DNA from: Nanobdellota archaeon
GTDB lineage: Archaea > Nanobdellota > Nanobdellia > Pacearchaeales > GW2011-AR1
Reading direction: 5' to 3'
NCBI GenBank assembly: GCA_038044745.1
Contig: JBBSZK010000005.1
Span: forward strand, 12,841 to 76,840
DNA: 64,000 bases
Positions 62,370-64,000 of the stretch are shown here, one piece after another (position 1 is the stretch's first letter; each line of letters opens with the position of its first letter). The notes beneath the pieces were generated by a model. It saw only the letters and a list, made by a program, of their open reading frames with translations. It searched no databases and was not told the origin of the DNA. The translations under genes were made by a program, and so were the position numbers.

Positions 62370-64000
62370 CTAGTCAAACGGAAATCGCGCACAAAGCAAT
62401 TCCACGTCTTTCTTAATTGACGCTTGTACCATGACATTCGTAGGATCTCTAATCACAGACGCAATCCACCGTCCTATCTGACGCATTTCGTTCTCTTGCA
62501 TGCCCAACGTAGTGAGCATCGGTGTTCCCATACGAAGTCCGCTCGGTTTGAACGGAGGCGACGAATCATGAGGAACGCTATTAGCATTGCACACAATACC
62601 TGCCTGTTCAAGCGCCTGCGCTATCTCTTTACCCCTGCCTTGTCCCAAAGCACGCAGATCGATAAGAATGAGATGATTATCAGTTCCGCCCGTTACGAGC
62701 ACAAGCCCCTCGCGAATAAGCGTTTCAGCAAGCGCCTGCGCGTTGCGTACAACCTGTGAAGCATAGGCCTTAAACGAAGGATCAAGCGCTTCGTTGAACG
62801 CCACGGCCTTGGCGGCAATAATATTCTCGTGAGGTCCGCCCTGCATACCGGGAAATACAGACTTATCAATTTGTTTGGCATGTTTTTCTTTGCACATAAT
62901 AATCGCCCCACGAGGACCTCGTAGTGTTTTATGTGTGGTCGTCATGACAACATCCGTAAACGGAAACGGACTTGGATGCATTCCTCCTGCAACAAGACCT
63001 GCAATATGAGATATATCTGCTAGATGAATGGCGCCCACTTCTTCCGCGATAGCCTGGAACGCCGCAAAATCAATCGTACGGGGATAGGCCGTAAGACCTG
63101 AAATAATCAGTTTCGGCTTTTCACGAAGCGCAATCGCTCGAATCGCATTCATATCGAGTCGCTGCGTTACTGCATCAAGTGTGTACGGAATCGCCTTGTA
63201 GAGCATGCCTGAAGCATTTACCGGGCTTCCATGCGTAAGATGCCCCCCTGCCGCAAGGTCAAGCCCCATAAAAGGTTCACCTGGTTTAAGAAAAGCATTC
63301 AATATCGCAATATTGGCCGGACTCCCCGAATAGGGCTGTACATTTACATGGTCTGCTCCGAACAAACGTTTCGCTCGATCAATGGCTGTCTGTTCAACAA
63401 TGTCCGCATACGCATTCCCTTGATAGTATCGTTTAGCGGGATAGCCCTCGCTATATTTATTCATAAGAGACGACCCACACGCTTCGCGTACTGCAGCACT
63501 AGCGTAGTTCTCCGAGGGAATCATATTTAACGTCGTTTTCTGTCGGACGTGCTCGTTCTGAATAGCCTCATACACAACAGAATCCCGCACCTGAAGCGCC
63601 GTAAGAGGTTTTCGCTCATATCGCACAAAACTATAAGGCAGAGCCCCGTTATACGATTCTCTCTTTGTTTCGCTCCACGCATCAGAAAGAAATGGAAAAT
63701 GCACATCCCCTTCGTACGGCGCATGTATATGTGTTAATTCGAGGACATCAGCCCGATCAAGCATTTGCCCATATATCTGCTGACCCCCGATAACAAATAT
63801 GTTTTTTCCAAACGAGCGCGCAAGCACCAGCGCCTCATCAATACTGTGGGCGATAAGCGGGTTACCTGCGAGCGTCTGCTGATTCGTTATAACAATGTTC
63901 GTCCGCTCAGGAAGAGGCGAGCCCAATCGTTTAAGAATAGATTCATAGGTTTTTCGGCCCATGACGACAACATTCCCTTTCGTAATCGCCTTGAATCGTT
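62370..64000 (-). CDS. dihydrofolate reductase - serine hydroxymethyltransferase fusion (5' end outside the window)
   Basis: The frame stays open upstream of the listed Met to the window edge (...RFKAITKGNVVVMGRKTYESI is the DHFR core). DHFR continues through IFVIGGQQIY ... VRYERK. SHMT then follows directly: LNMIPSENYAS, YYQGN, PYSGSPAN, the PLP site TTTHKTLRGPRG, and GLRMGTP. Confidence 0.85.
   Translation of the reverse strand, partial: RFKAITKGNVVVMGRKTYESILKRLGSPLPERTNIVITNQQTLAGNPLIAHSIDEALVLARSFGKNIFVIGGQQIYGQMLDRADVLELTHIHAPYEGDVHFPFLSDAWSETKRESYNGALPYSFVRYERKPLTALQVRDSVVYEAIQNEHVRQKTTLNMIPSENYASAAVREACGSSLMNKYSEGYPAKRYYQGNAYADIVEQTAIDRAKRLFGADHVNVQPYSGSPANIAILNAFLKPGEPFMGLDLAAGGHLTHGSPVNASGMLYKAIPYTLDAVTQRLDMNAIRAIALREKPKLIISGLTAYPRTIDFAAFQAIAEEVGAIHLADISHIAGLVAGGMHPSPFPFTDVVMTTTHKTLRGPRGAIIMCKEKHAKQIDKSVFPGMQGGPHENIIAAKAVAFNEALDPSFKAYASQVVRNAQALAETLIREGLVLVTGGTDNHLILIDLRALGQGRGKEIAQALEQAGIVCNANSVPHDSSPPFKPSGLRMGTPMLTTLGMQENEMRQIGRWIASVIRDPTNVMVQASIKKDVELLCARFPFD

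Overview
The window is gene-dense, roughly nine-tenths coding by eye. It reads as a small-genome, DPANN-like archaeon with a strong bacterial-type admixture.

Archaeal signals:
- A/T-rich TATA boxes (TTTATATA / TTTATAAA) sit about 25-35 nt upstream of many ATG codons, so transcripts are leaderless or short-leader.
- One protein has a class III (pilin/archaellin-type) signal peptide.
- The triosephosphate isomerase is the short archaeal type, and the FBP aldolase is class IA.
- There is an Sfm1-like SPOUT methyltransferase.
- The tRNA genes have no encoded CCA.

Bacterial-type genes: groES/groEL, metK, class I GAPDH and a complete oxidative pentose-phosphate branch.

Content from left to right:
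1. 0-6.2 kb: an AT-rich type I restriction-modification locus (hsdR, hsdS). It is interrupted by DUF3800-like, ribbon-helix-helix and small membrane-protein genes, and no hsdM is in view.
2. 6.4-15 kb: small membrane and secreted proteins plus an 800-aa beta-propeller surface protein.
3. 15.3-21.7 kb: an extracytoplasmic thiol-disulfide cluster with a cupredoxin-like protein, a DsbB-like protein, a DsbA-like protein and a C2H2-TM-thioredoxin fusion. sufS lies in the same stretch.
4. 23.5-24.7 kb: two tRNA-Ala genes. One has a perfect 35-bp duplication of its 3' end.
5. groES, an unknown 109-aa gene, then groEL.
6. 27.2-33.8 kb and 43.4-59.6 kb: a large sugar-phosphate supercluster (rpiB, rpe, tkt, gap, pgk, tal, pgi, pmm, fba, tpiA, pgl, zwf, gnd).
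7. A translationally coupled SNF2 helicase plus a protein with ten CxxC dyads.
8. A coupled pair of very Cys-rich secreted proteins.
9. A MazF-type toxin-antitoxin pair inserted between zwf and gnd.
10. A 1-kb non-coding stretch containing a tRNA-Ser 3' fragment. Together with an intact tRNA-Ser(GGA), the fragment brackets a Fic gene.
11. A DHFR-SHMT fusion that runs off the right edge.

I saw no rRNA, CRISPR array, transposase or integrase. All calls rest on reading motifs by eye; no searches were run.
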